Below, in pieces: positions 26,546-39,889 of a DNA stretch of 64,000 nt (within the stretch, counting starts at the first letter, position 1; each line of letters starts with the position of its first letter). Origin of the DNA: Sphaerodactylus townsendi (lineage: Eukaryota); NCBI RefSeq assembly GCF_021028975.2, contig NC_059427.1, positions 127,782,001-127,846,000 of the forward strand. Reading direction: 5' to 3'. The translations under genes were made by a program, and so were the position numbers. The notes under the pieces are model-generated. The model saw only the letters and a list, made by a program, of their open reading frames with translations. It was not told the origin of the DNA and did not search any database.

Positions 26546-28664
26546 ATGGGCCCTATGATCCATGGGCAGAGAAAGCTTGATGGGGATGGGGGGGGGGGGG
26601 GAAGCTGTCACTGCCCATGGACCCTGTGATCCACGGACAGAGAAAGCTTGATGGGGGTGGGGGGGCGGATGGATCAAAGGAGACTGGAGTGCCACTCTCT
26701 CTCTGAGAGGTAACCTTTCAGAGAGAAGTGGGCTCCAGCCCTTCCTCTCAGAGAGAGAGGGGACCTCCAGTCTCTGCATTTGTTTGGGGTTTTTAAATGC
26801 CGAAAAAGGGTCACTTTCTTGGCTTAAAAAAAATGCCCAGGCTGGAGTGTTGGAGGCCACCGAGCAGGTTGCCAATGCAATTCCCCCTCTGCCCGAGGGA
26901 GAAGGCAGCCTCCTTCTCCCTCGAGCAGAGGGGGTTGCCTGCTCGGCGCCGCTGGCTCCCGCGCCACAAGAGCAGGTGGCCCCGAGCAGGTCACCGCCGC
27001 CGTTTCCCCCTCTGCCCGAGGGAGAAGGTGGCTGTAAAAGCAGTATACAGGGTTTTTTTAGATAAATAAAGGGGGATCTAGGTCAGTATTCTGTGAAGTG
27101 GAGGACATAAATGTTGAGGTAGATAGTTTAAAATGTTCCATTTTTTCCCCAGACACACAAACTGAAAACATTAAGCTATAATGGCTGAATGCTCAGACAC
27201 AAACAAATTATAATATTGAGTTTACATGTAATGTTAAGTTTACAAGTTTAAATCTGCTATTTCTTGTTATAGGCAGTGATTACGCAGTTGTAAGCTTTTT
27301 CCCCCCTGACTCCCAAAGGAAAATAGTATAAATGTGGTTTATATAATCTTAAAACGCATACATGCATAATTTAGGTGCCACTTCTTCATACTTTTCCTAT
27401 ATCATTTATACCATGACCTTCATTTTTAAAACACTTCAGTCACTTTGCAGAGTCAACAAATCTGCTTTGCCTTGTAGGTATGCTGTTTCTGCCCCTACCC
27501 ACCACCTTCCCTCACACATACCAAAGACCAGTGACACTTTCCCTTGGCCAGACCTTTCCACAATATAGTTGGGTATTATCTGACTGCCTGCCTTCATGCT
27601 AATATGTTTTTTACAGACAGTTACCCAGCTTGGCCTTCATTAGCATGAGAAATGGAAGCATTAGCATATGCTTCACTGATAAGGTTTTCTTTTGTCATCT
27701 TGCACAATATTGATTGTGCCATCTAACCAAGGGAATACCCTTTAACAAATGCGAAGGAATTAGGTTTTCTTTTAAGGTGGTTCACAATGCTGTGGCTGGG
27801 TTTTATTCTAGTGGATTCTTGCAGCCAGTAAGACTGGCTGTGTGTCAAACAGGCATGGCAGACGAACGTGTCCAGTGCCATTGTGACTGCTTTGAAATGA
27901 CCAGAAAAGAACTCTTTGAAACTCACCTGTATGTTCCTTAGCTCTTTATAATTGTGAGACAGAATCAGGCTTGCTTTTAGCCTGATTTAGATGCACTCTA
28001 TCCTTCTTTTTGAATTCAAAGTGATTCTGATTTTCTAATGAATAAACTTATGTTTATCAGTGTGATTCATCTGCGTCAGGATTTAAATATTCTGTTCTAT
28101 CCAACACTTAAGTGTACTGTTGTGCTGCTCTTTACCAGTACTTTCATTCTAGATGAATAACTGAGGCAAACCCCAAAGCTTAGGATGGGAAATATAAGAA
28201 AATCCTATTTGGAAACATGGCAAGCAGTGACTATATTGGAGGATAGCTACACCATGCATATGGGCACAGCATAATACTGCAAATGAAGGATGTTACTTCC
28301 ATCCACAGCCACTGCCTAGATATCTTAAATTGTAATTTTATACACACACAAATGGCCAGTGTTGTACTCCATCATAGAAAGGATAATAAGTGGCAATAAG
28401 TTCCCAAAGTCTGCTGCTGACTCTGGAAAGTCACTCCTGGCTTCCCTCACCAGCAGGTGCAACATTATCTGAAGACTGTTATTGGTTTGGGGAGGAAATG
28501 AAGAACACTTTTGCCTCAGCCTGAGCTTTTGAATGTCCTGATTTGCTTCCCGCCCCTTAGTAGCAGTACAGTCCGATAGCTTTTGCCTTTGTAACACACT
28601 GGGGAAGAGTGGGGGGAGGGGTTCTTTCTACTCTCATAGGGAAAGGGTCAGGCAAGGAGGTATG

Positions 28665-29033
28665 CAATGGTGGGATTCTAATAATTTAACAACCTGTTCA
28701 GCCACCACCACCACCGCACCCCCCCACACTGCTGTGGCCCCCCATCGCCGCCCACTTACCTATTGCAGAGGAACTTCTTGTGGGGGTGGAGGGGGTGCAA
28801 CAAGGCCTTGCCACCACTGCTCTGAAAGCCTTCTCGCTTCCCCTCCCCTGAGAGAGGGAAGAACGGGGCCTTTAGTGCCTCAGAGCAGCTGGCTGTTCCG
28901 GGGCTCTGAAAGCCCCTTCACTCTCGCTCCCCTGGGAGAGGGAAGGACAGGGCTTTTAACGCCTCAGAGCACTCAGCCGCTTTTAGCAACCGGTTAGCCT
29001 GAACCGGTGCAAACCAGCTGAATCCCACCACTG
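28665..29033. mobile_element. hAT non-autonomous element
   Basis: CAATGGTGGGATTC...GAATCCCACCACTG termini and a perfect 8-bp TSD GAGGTATG. Confidence 0.85.
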
Positions 29034-29201
29034 GAGGTATGACACTTGTTCCACTCCATACCCTGGTTTCTCTGATCCTCTTCCAGTCACAAAAGTACAT
29101 TGAATAAATTCAGTTCTTTAGCAGAAATAAACCATCATTCCTGGGGATGCTGTTGCGCTGATGGGAAAAACCAGCCCTGCATTAGAATTTGGGCCAGTTG
29201 G

Positions 29202-31240
29202 CAGTGGCGTTCCTGCCTAGGGACAGGGGGTACCCTCTGTCCCCGGGCGCCCCCATTTGGTCACGTGGGGGGGCGCCAACATTTCAGGGTCATTTGTGTG
29301 TTTTTAAAGTTTTTAAGTGTTTTTTCACGTTCCAGCCTGCAGGGGGCGCATTTTTAAGGCTAGTGGCACCAAAATTTCAGGGTACCATTCAGAGACTGTC
29401 CTAATGATACCACCCAAATTTGGTGATGTTTGGTTCAGGGGAAGCAAAGTTATGGACCCCCAAAGGGGGTGCCCCATCCCCATTGTTTTCAATGGGAGCT
29501 AACCTGAGATGGCGGCTACCCATTTGAGGGACCATAACTTTGGTCCCCCAGAACATAACTTCACAAAACTTGGGTGGCATCATAAGAATAGTTAACAGAT
29601 GATACCCTGAAATTTTGGTGCCACTAGCTTTAGAAATACACCCCTTCCAGGAACCCCAAGAAATTTGCCCAAGATTCTTTGTTTTGCAGTGACTTTGCTC
29701 CATTGTAGCCAATGGGGAATTTCTTAGTGTGTAGGCAGGCTGCACATTTTTGAAGATAAGAGGCACCAGACTTTCAGGGTGGCTCCAGGAGGGCCTCCTG
29801 GTAATAGCATCCAGGTTTGGAGACCTTTGCTTCTGGGGGTTCAATTTTATGGGCCCCTAAAAGGCTTATTTTGTTTCCCCGCTCCTGCACATTAAAGCCT
29901 GTGGGCTGAGTTTATCTCAGAACTCTCTCAACTCCCCCCCCCCCCACTCCAGAAGCAAAGCTCACCAAGCTTGGATGCTATTACTCAAGGCCTCTTGGAG
30001 CCACCTTGAAAGTCTGGCGCCTCTATCTTCAAAAATGTGCAGCCAGCGCTTGCACACTCAGACATTCCCCAGAATCTGCCAGGCTCTTCAGCAAGTTCTG
30101 TGGTGGGAAAAATTACTTTTCCCATCATAGACTTCAATGGGGCTTTCTGTTATTCCCAGATGGCTCTGTGGTAGAAGTTTCAACAGGAGGTAGGGATCTT
30201 GCTCTGGGTGGGGGCATTTCCTGTAGCTGCTGGTGTGAGTCTCCTGAAAGGAACCAGCCAAATTTGCTAAAATGTGTGTGGAAGAGGAAAATGCTGTGGG
30301 CACCGAGTTGAAGGTGAACCTGATGCTCACAGCATTTGGCCATCCCAGGCAAACTTTAGCAAAGTTGGCTGGTTCCTTTCAGGAGACTCACACAAGCAGC
30401 CCTGCAGGAAATAAGTGCGGGGGCACTTATTTCCTGCAGGGCTGCTTGTGTGAGTCCAGAGAAAGACCACTACCACAGTGCCTCCTGTTGAAACCTCTAC
30501 CACAGAGCTGGGCATAACAGAAAGCCCCATTGAAGTCTATGGAAAATATTTTTCCCACCACAGAACTTGCTGAAAAGCCTGGCAGATTCTGGGGAATTTC
30601 TGTGTGTAAGCAGTGACCACACATTTTTGAAGATAGAGGTGCCAGACTTTCAAGGTGTCTCCAAGAGGCCTTGAGTAATAGCATCCAAGCTTGGTGAGCT
30701 TTGCTTTTGGGGGTGAGTGGGGGCGCTGAGAAGTTCTGAGAGAACTCAGCCAGCAGGCTTCATGTGCAGGAGCAGGGAAACAAAATAAGCCTTTTGGGGG
30801 CCCATAAAATTAGACCCTCAGAAGCAAAGGTCTCTAAGCCTGGATGCTATTACCAGGAGGGCTTCCTGGAGCTACCTTGAAAGTCTGGTCCCTCTATCTT
30901 CAAAAATGTGCAGCCTGTCTCAGAAATTCCTCATTGGCTACAATGGAGCAAAGTCACTGCAAAACAAAGAATCTTGGGCAAATTTCTTGGGGTGCCTGGA
31001 AGGGATGTATTTTTAAAGCTAGTGACACCAAAACCCTCATAGGGTTGTTGTGATTAGGAAATTAGGAAAAGAGTTGGTGGGCAGAGAGCCATGTATGTTT
31101 TGCTCGGAGTGAGAAGTGTTTTGTGAGCTGGTACAAAACATCATTGTTTGATCATGGTGGGGGAGGGTGGCCAGCCATCACGCTGGCCGGTAGCAAACTC
31201 AGGTTTTGTCCCCAGGCACCAGTTTGCCTAGGTACACCCG
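29202..31240. mobile_element. Large fold-back DNA element with long internal inverted repeats
   Basis: About 29612-30190 is the reverse complement of about 30480-31032, with nested hairpins in the centre. Harbinger-like ends, boundaries approximate. Confidence 0.65.
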
Positions 31241-32728
31241 TTCCAGTTGGCATTTCCTGGTGGTGATCTGTATTTTAGTCCTTCCTCCCCATCCATAACT
31301 CGAGCAGTGTCCCTGAAAACTCTCTATTGCCACCTTCCACCAGGGTTGGCATTTCCTGCTGTACTGAACATTATGCTGTGTTCTTCAGGGAGCCCTGCGT
31401 CGAAGATAGTAAAAATAACCTAATGCTTTATTGAGCAATAATTTGTGTTTTTGTAAGAAAGCTGTATTATATTCCCTGTAATGAAGAGGTAAAATTGGAT
31501 CTGACTCCCTCTTTAGCTGTGCTATTTTCTCGATAGTTGCACCAGTTCATCTAGGCAAGCTTGACATGCTTACAATTTTCATTGTTTGCTGGCATCATGA
31601 GTCTCTCCTCTGCAAGTGCCACAGTTGGCGCATTCAAGAATAAAGAAACCTGGTTTGTTCCTGCTACCTTTTGGGAATTTCAACTGCCTGGATAAAATAG
31701 GCTTAAATGAGAACTAAATATCTGTAGGAGAAGCAGATGTTTTCTGCCCCTTATCCAAAGGCTCTCCTAACAAATAGTGGCATCAGGCAAAGGGACAAAG
31801 TGGAGGCTCGGCAATGAATAAACGTAGAAGGTCTACAATCCCTAACTTTTGTTAAGGCCTTGTTCTGTCAAGACCTTCTTTTTCTTTTTTTCCCCCTTTC
31901 TTTTTAAAATATTCTGTTCCTTTGCAGAAAACGGGTACGATTATACTGTAAATTACTGGTGTGGTTTCAGGTATCAGTTACACTTTGATTTATTGACTAT
32001 CGGATCACATTTTATTGCAGAAGAGAGGACTGCATTGTGGTTTCTCGTTAAAGTCTTTAATTGATGCTGCATGAAGGCTGATCTAATCAAAGATTTTGCG
32101 GCCCCCCTCTCCTCAGAATTCTGAAAACGCATGAAATAAAACTGTAAGCTTTGAACTTCATCAAGGAAATGCAGCCATGGTATGTTTCCCCCCTCCCTCC
32201 CATGTGAAAGTAAATTGATCTATTATGTGTAATACTGGGAGAATATGAACGAAAAATATTTGAGGGTAGGAAGATTAGAGATGGTGGATAGAAACAGTCT
32301 AGCATCAAAATCCCATGTGTTCACCTCAATATCACAGTGGTCCAAGCTCAGCTGAACTGATAAGAGGATTTAACCCCTTAGGAAACCCCTTTGCCTTAGC
32401 CTGTCAGCCAGCAGAGAACTCCTTATAACATTATTCATTGCTTCATGGGTCCATCCTCTGCCCTTATTTCCACAACCTCTCACGGATTGTTTCCATCTCA
32501 ATACGGGTAACAACAAGAACAAATTCATTGGCTTTCACATGGCACTCCTCAGTGGGAGGCTTCTGAATTGTAATTGCTTTCTGTCTAAGTGGAAGCCAAG
32601 AGGTGTTAGAAATCAGTAGTGTGTCATGATCTAAATCATGTAATCCTATTACAAACACCCATATACTTCTGGGAGACCCACATAGAAGATAATAAAATGG
32701 AAGCCCAAAGCTTGGCTCTTATTTACTA

Positions 32729-32981
32729 CCGTGTTTCCCCGAAAATAAGACAGTGTCTTATATTAATTTTTGCTCCCAAAGATGCGCTATGTCTTATTTT
32801 CAGGGGATGTCTTATTTTTCCGCTCCACAGCTATATGCTCTGGTATTCTGTTCGACGGGCATGCTTCCAAACAAAAACTTTGCTAAATCTTACTTCCGGG
32901 GGATGCTTTATATTTAGCACTTCAGCAAAACCTCACCTACGTCTTATTCTCAGAGGATGTCTTATTTTGGGGGAAACAGGG
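32729..32981. mobile_element. Tc-mariner (Tc2/pogo-like) MITE
   Basis: TIR CCGTGTTTCCCCGAAAATAAGAC ... GTCTTATTTTGGGGGAAACAGGG with TA flanks. Confidence 0.8.
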
Positions 32982-34687
32982 TATAGATAGATTTCCCTGA
33001 GTTAGAAAGGAAAAAAATTGAGGAGGAAGACCTAAGGATGGCCTCAGAAAAAGGATTTTTGCAACACTTACTAGCCAGATGCTTCAGGGAAGCCCATAGG
33101 AAGGATACTGAGGCACCCATGACTACTGCTACCTATATTATTTGCCCACCAGGAACTGATTGTCCAAGGCATATTGCTTCTGAACCTGGAGATTCCATGT
33201 TTTCATCATCACTAGTGACTGTTGATGAACCTGTACTCCATTAATTTATTTAATCTTCTTCAAGGCTGCCTAATCCAGTGGCTTTTGTCATATTTTGAAG
33301 CAGTGACTTTCATATGTTACTCGTTCTTTGTGCGAAGAAGGACTTTCTTGTGCCTGTTTGGAATTTACTACCAATTATTATCAGAGATTTAAAAATCTTC
33401 TTTGTCCACTTTCTCCATACTGCTTATAATTTCACAAGCCTTTTTATGTTCTGCCCCTCCCTGTCTTTAGTTATCTTTTTCTAAACTGAAGAACTTCGGA
33501 TGCTTTAACTTTCCTCACAGAAAAGGGACGAAGGATTTGCCTGAATCACTGATGCAGCTTTTTAGAGCTTCTTTTAATTTATTTCCCTAAAACTAGTTTT
33601 TTATTAAAGTGTAATATTCTTCACTTGAATATACCTGAATGCAATGCATTTGTTCTTAAGTTCACTTATTGCTGTACATTGCTGGTCATTTGTCATTCTC
33701 TGTCTAATAAAGCTTGGATTGTTGCAAAAGAAAACCTGGTGCGGGGTGGAGGGGGGAATAAAAATAAGCAATCTACTTTAGTAATTTCTGTTCCAGGGGG
33801 TGAATTGCTGAGAACACGGTTTGCATGGCAGTATGATTGGGCTAGCTATGTGCAGTTTTCCTATTGCCGCAGGATCTGCCAATAGATCACAGAGGCAGTG
33901 GGGCATCCACATGGCAGATTTCCCCATAGTTTCCTTGCTGTACTTCCCTTGCAGCGGCTATTCTTTTTATCTCCCCCCCTCCCCCCAACACACACTACCA
34001 GGTATTTTTCAGTGTGTTTATTTAGCAATGGAATTGAATTGCATTGAAAATGACATTTTAGCAATCTGGATATCAAGTTTTTGAATTCCCATTTGCATTT
34101 TTAAAGAAGTAAGTATCAAGGCTCTTGCGTTGCAGAGATATGCCTTTCCTGTTATATCTCTGCAACGAAAGGGGTTAAAAATGAAATCTGGCAGTTTAGA
34201 CAACTTGATGTGCAGATGATAACAGTACAAAAAGGAACAGTTTCCAATACTGTTAAAAAAAACATGTCATGGTGTGGAAAACTCAAACTCTCTCCATCAC
34301 TATGTGATTAAGTTATATTTAATTTTCTAGTTCACATTCAGCCAAACATGCACATTTTTCAAGTTCCAAAGTGTATAGGAGTGTATAGGCAGTATTCAGT
34401 CAACCAATTCACAGAGACTGAACAAACTTATCTTTGATAGTCATGACTTCTGTTTAATAAGAAACTCTTAATATTGGTTCATTATGGAAATTTCAGATCT
34501 TCAGGTACCTTCGTCTGACTTGCTTGCCCTATCTACTCTGACTGGCGGTGATTCTCTGAGGTCCAAAATGCACAATTCGTGGGACACAGGAGTCCAACTC
34601 AATTTGTTGTCAGACATAGGATTAGTGTAACTCTCTTTGGAAGCATTGTGTTTTCCTGTGCATCTCCAACTGCTGCAGCGGGAGGGA

Positions 34688-34785
34688 CAGTGGTGGAATT
34701 CAGCAGGTTTGCACCACTTTGGCAGAACCGGTTGTTAAAATGGTGCTTGTAAACAACCAGTTAAATTATTTGAATCCCACCACTG
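34688..34785. mobile_element. Short MITE with the same TIR as 28665
   Basis: CAGTGGTGGAATTCA...TGAATCCCACCACTG. TSD degenerate. Confidence 0.7.
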
Positions 34786-34884
34786 GGGAGAGGCTTTGGG
34801 TCTCTTGGCAGAGCGGATCTATTTGTCTCTTGCTCAGGCTCCAGGTGCCCAGGGATAAATATTTGGAGCCTGAGGAAGGGGCAG

Positions 34885-35645
34885 ACATAAGAACATAAGA
34901 ACATAAGAACTAGCCTGCTGGATCAGACCAGAGTCCATCTAGTCCAGCATTCTGCTCCTCCCAGTGGCCCACCAGGTGCCTTTGGGAGCTCACATGCAGG
35001 ATGTGAAAGCAATGGCCTTCTGCTGCTGCTCCTGAGCACCTGGTCTTCTAAGGCATTTGCAATCTGAGATCAAGGAGGATCAAGATTGGTAGCCATAGAT
35101 TGACTTCTCCTCCATAAATCTGTCCAAGCCCTTTTTAAAGCTATCCAGGTTAGTGGCCATCACCACCTCCTGTGGCAGCATATTCCAAACACCAATCACA
35201 CGTTGCGTGAAAAAGTGTTTCCTTTTATTAGTCCTAATTCTTCCCCCCAGCATTTTCAATGAATGCCCCCTGGTTCTAGTATTGTGAGAAAGAGAGAAAA
35301 TTTTTTCTCTGTCAACATTTTCTACCCCATGCATAATTTTATAGACTTCAATCATATCCCCCCTCAGACGTCTCCTCTCCAAACTAAAGAGTCCCAAACG
35401 CTGCAGCCTCTCCTCATAAGGAAGGTGCTCCAATCCTTCAATCATCCTCGTTGCCCTTCTCTGCACTTTTTCTATCTCTTCGATATCCTTTTTGAGATGT
35501 GGCGACCAGAACTGAACACAGTACTCCAAGTGCGGTCGCACCACTGCTTTATATAAGGGCATGACAATCCTTGCAGTTTTATTATCAACTCCTTTCCTAA
35601 TTATCCCCAGCATAGAGTTTGCCTTTTTCACAGCTGCCATGCATT
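34885..35645 (-). mobile_element. CR1 LINE 3' fragment, same family as 5983-7352
   Basis: ORF 35080-35640 is near-identical to the ORF2 C-terminus of the first copy and has the same octamer tail. Confidence 0.95.
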
Positions 35646-35695
35646 TCTGGTGGCAAAAAACAGCATGTGAGAGAAGCCTGAAGCTCCCCTCCTGC

Positions 35696-35936
35696 CAGAG
35701 GCGTATCTAGGCAAAATATAGACCGGTGCAAAATCTGAGTGTCCCCCGCCCCCGTATGGGCAGCCGCCGTCCCCCATGACCAAACAGCTTTTTTTGCACC
35801 AGGTCTTGAAGTCAGTGTATGGACCTGTGGGGGAAGGAGGAGGGGCGTGGGGGGAATTCTCTGCCCCCCATGTGACTAAATGGCCGCAGCCCAGGGACAT
35901 TTGACCCCATATTTCCCCCTGAGCGGTACGCCCCTG
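35696..35936. mobile_element. PIF/Harbinger-like MITE
   Basis: CAGAGGCGTA...TACGCCCCTG terminal inverted repeat. Confidence 0.6.
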
Positions 35937-37238
35937 CCTCCTGCTCACAGCCTTTGGCACCTCATGAAGCAAGACAGCATTTTCAAAGTGAGTCAGGTTG
36001 GACACCCATGTTCCAACTACTCATGTCACTCGTATCATGTGTTTTAGCTATAAGATCACAGCCAGAAATCTTTCCCAGCTATGCTGTTTAGATTAATTTG
36101 AAATGCTGGGGGGCTGTATTTGACACCCGCACAGTTGCAAAACGTGTACTCTGCCAGACGGCTATGGCCCCTCCCCTAATGTCACAATAGTTTCAACTAC
36201 TGTGTGAATCATAGGATATTGAAAATCTGTTGGTGCTCTTCAGCAGTATTAAATTCTTGCACTGGGACTCCAAAACAACCTTTCCTGTTTTCTGGTCACA
36301 TTGGTACTTCCAACCCTGAGTTAAAAGTAAATGATGAAGCATTCCTTTTCAAACCCTTGAGAGTTGTATAGCAAAGAATAAAAGATTTCCATGTGGACCG
36401 TTAACTGTGAACTAGACCATCCATAGTTATGCTCCAGTCTAGTGTTTTATGGCACTATTTACTAGAAAGGAATTATGCAAACTACCATGCTCCTTCATTA
36501 AAAAAAAAAAGCCATGGAGGCAACCGTTTCAGAATATGCCATGTATTTGTGGGTTCATAACAGAAGCCACTAGATTAATATATATCCTCGGCGGCGACCC
36601 ATTTGTGTAAGCTTCATAAATTTATGTTGCTCTTTAAGGAAAAGGACGGCCATTTTCTTCCTAGGAGATTATGCAGTAAGAAAAGACAAAAAGGCAAGAC
36701 CCTTGTTAGGGCGTAGGTAGAGAGTAGGCTTTTGGAATTTTTGTCAGTTGATTGATACAATTTATTCATCACAGGCTTAAGATGTATTTTTTAAGCAGCT
36801 ATTTCTCTATGTTGATAGCATTTTTGTGAGCAATCTGTGTACATAATTACATTCAAACTGTACATTCCACAATGCCTACCAAATCATAAATCATTTTTTC
36901 ATGCATTTAGTACAAAAAAAGTCAGCTTGATTATGTTTGCTGAAAATATGTAGAAAAACATGTAATGTTTATTTCACCTGATTAAAAGAAAGCCTTTAGT
37001 GTACCCTGGTCTTTACCCAGGCTTGGGAGGGGGTTGGTTTATGGTGTTTATCTGTAATGAAGTGTACCAGAACACAAAGCTTTTATCTACCTCATACTGC
37101 TGTTGGGCCTGCTGCAAGAGGACTTACCAACTACGGACTTTTATGACTGAAATAAACCAAGATGATATTGCAAGGAACTTTCTGCTCCTCATCCCTTTTG
37201 CCCTATTCTATTATCTCTTTTTATAAATTTACTGGCAG

Positions 37239-37344
37239 ATTCCAGAAGAACATGATTTGGAGAGCCAGGTCCGCAAAGAGAGGGAGTGGAGATTTTTGCG
37301 CAATGCTCGAGTTCGGAAGCAAGCACAGAAAATCATCCAAAAAG
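37239..37344 (+). CDS. RPTOR: Raptor coding exon: IPEEHDLESQVRKEREWRFLRNARVRKQAQKIIQK(G)
   Basis: ggcAG acceptor and AAG|GTAAAT donor. 106 nt, phase 0->1. Confidence 0.97.
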
Positions 37345-39889
37345 GTAAATGCTTCTTTTAAAAAATTCTTGTATATCTCTGGCTACTTACAAATATGGCA
37401 GCTGGGCCTGGAGAAGATCTCTGTGGCAGCAGCAGTAAAGGTAAGAGAGTTAGCTGTGCATGCGTAGACAATGTTTTTTAAAATATTGAGGGGATTTAAA
37501 TTCCTCCCCAATTTTTTTTTTATTTTCAGATTTTTCTGCAGGCCTAGGGGGTTTCCTAATTCTGCAGAAACATCTGTAAGTGTGCCCCCTATCAACAGAT
37601 TTGGGTATCCTCAGATGGAGGCATACTTGGGAATTAGATATATGAAATATGCTGAAATATGAAATTAAAAATTTAAAAATCACTCCATTACTCTTTCATT
37701 ACCGTATTTATGTACCCGTAAGCTGGTTCATAAACCTGTAGGCTGGTTTATGGTGGTCAAGAACTGCCCCAAGAGTTGCAGTGGTACTAGTCCAGGAGTT
37801 TTTCAGGGAAATTGGCAAGTAAAATCAAATGGCTCGGTTACGCTCGGTAACACTCATTGCAAATTATTCTTTTGTGATACGGTTTTACTAAAAGTGGGAA
37901 AGAATAAAGAATTAGAGAAGTGAAAGAGCTCAACATTCAGCAGCTGAAGTGAGATTCTACTTCTTTGGGCTTGAGCTCAGCATCCTGCTGTTGAACTTGT
38001 AGGCAGCCATGCCAATCAGAGGGGATGTGCTCACTAAAAGACGCAGTAACTTGCACAAAATGAATCACTCAAGGGCACTTAATGGATGCTATTAGCTGAC
38101 CATGTTGGCCTTTCTTCCTTGTCCTCTGGGCTGATAGATATTGCAGCTTAGTTGCAAGAAAAAAAGGTGTTTCAAGGAAAATGCCAGAGTTTCCACTATG
38201 TCCAAAGGGCAGTGTCAGAATTGGATGCATTTCAAAATGCTTCGGGGGTTGTCAACCTTACCAGATTGGCTTCTGTTCTGCAACAGTCTACTGTGTCTTC
38301 TTAACATTCAGGAGGCAACTTAATGACTTCAGTTTCCCTTGGTTTTATGGAGCCCTGAAAATGATTGTTTATTCATATCCTGTCATATTTCTGCAATTTT
38401 TTTTATGTGTGACCTCTCTTACACTATGGCTCTTTTAGCTAATAAGCATTTGGCTCACATTTCACCAGCATGTAAATTCTGTTCTCCACTCGGAACTCAT
38501 CTTGCTCATTTATAACATGTTATGTGTTTACGAGGCAGAAATCAGTCTGTAGATTTCTTTGTTTAATGTCAGACATTGTCATTCCCTGTATTTTGCTGAA
38601 GTACCCCCTTCATTTTGCATTGCTGTGAATAGAATTGATGTTCCTGCTCCTTCTGCTGCTTGCTTGGCCAGTCAGTAACAGGAATGAATTTGTGCTGTTC
38701 ACCGATAGTGGAATTTTCAACATGATTTGAGATTGCTGCCACCAGGGAGGAAAACATTTGGGGTGTTTTCCCATCTTGAGAAGTCAGCTGGGGGAAGATT
38801 AGTGTGAAATATTAATCTGCGTTGAGAGATGACTGTCTCTCACGTAACAGCTCAGAAACCTGATAGACTTGAGTCAGCAGAGAGGATTTTACGAAACAGC
38901 TACAAATAATTGAAATGACCAGTTCAGAATATTATGGGAGGGTTTTCTCTTTACTACAATGAAAACAAATGAGGATCTCATGTCCTTTCAACTTTTAAGC
39001 TCAACATTTGTCATGGCACCTTATAGAGCTTTGATCGTTTTGGCAGTCCCATTATCTCAATTTTAAAATATGTAATATTTTACAACATTTTATTGGGCAA
39101 CATAAATTGCGGTGAAAGGTCTAGGAGCAGTCTATTTTAAAAGGCGACTTTTACTGGTTGGTCATACAACCAGTGTGGAAAAAATACTTTGTAAAAATTA
39201 TTGCCAAATTGCCTTGAGCCAACTCTGTGCAAACGTTATTTTTTGTGAACTTTCTTTTTTTTAAACTGTAACAAATATCTTTATTTCATTTTCAAAACAC
39301 AAATGAAAAAACAACCAGAGTCAATAAAACACACCAATACAGTAATAACACAGGTACAACAACTATCCAAAGAAAATAAAAATTATTGCCAAAGTGCCTA
39401 AAGCCAACTCTATACAAACATCCTTTTTTGTGAACTTTCCATGACCATTTGAGAGCCTTGGTATGATACTCATTTTGCAAAATTTCTGGCATGATACTCA
39501 TTTTGCACTTTTTTTATTGAAAAGAGTTATGTGTTTATGTGACACTTGGATTTGTCCATTCATAGTGCCCTAATAAATCAAAACACCTTGACCTTTTCCA
39601 CCCCCATTGTAGCCTTACAGAGTGGCAAGCTTAGATAAGCTTCTTCATTACTCTTATTTCTCAGGGATGCAGTACAGTGCCAGGAAAAAAGTATCTATCA
39701 ACAAATTTAGCAGCCATTCATTGCCTTTGTTCTCACGTGGGAAAGTGATATGCTGGACAGTGCTAAGTTCATCAGTTGGGCTTCTGCTTGATAGAAGCTG
39801 GGTGGTGTGTTTACATTCTTTCTGAGACCAAATTCCAGTTGGAAGGAATGCATTTTTGAGTATCTCTTGTAATATAGAGCAGTAAGCTA

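Noticed and set aside
29100-31053. Mutually similar ORFs on opposite strands
   Set aside because: Artefact of the inverted-repeat arms, with no recognisable protein domain.
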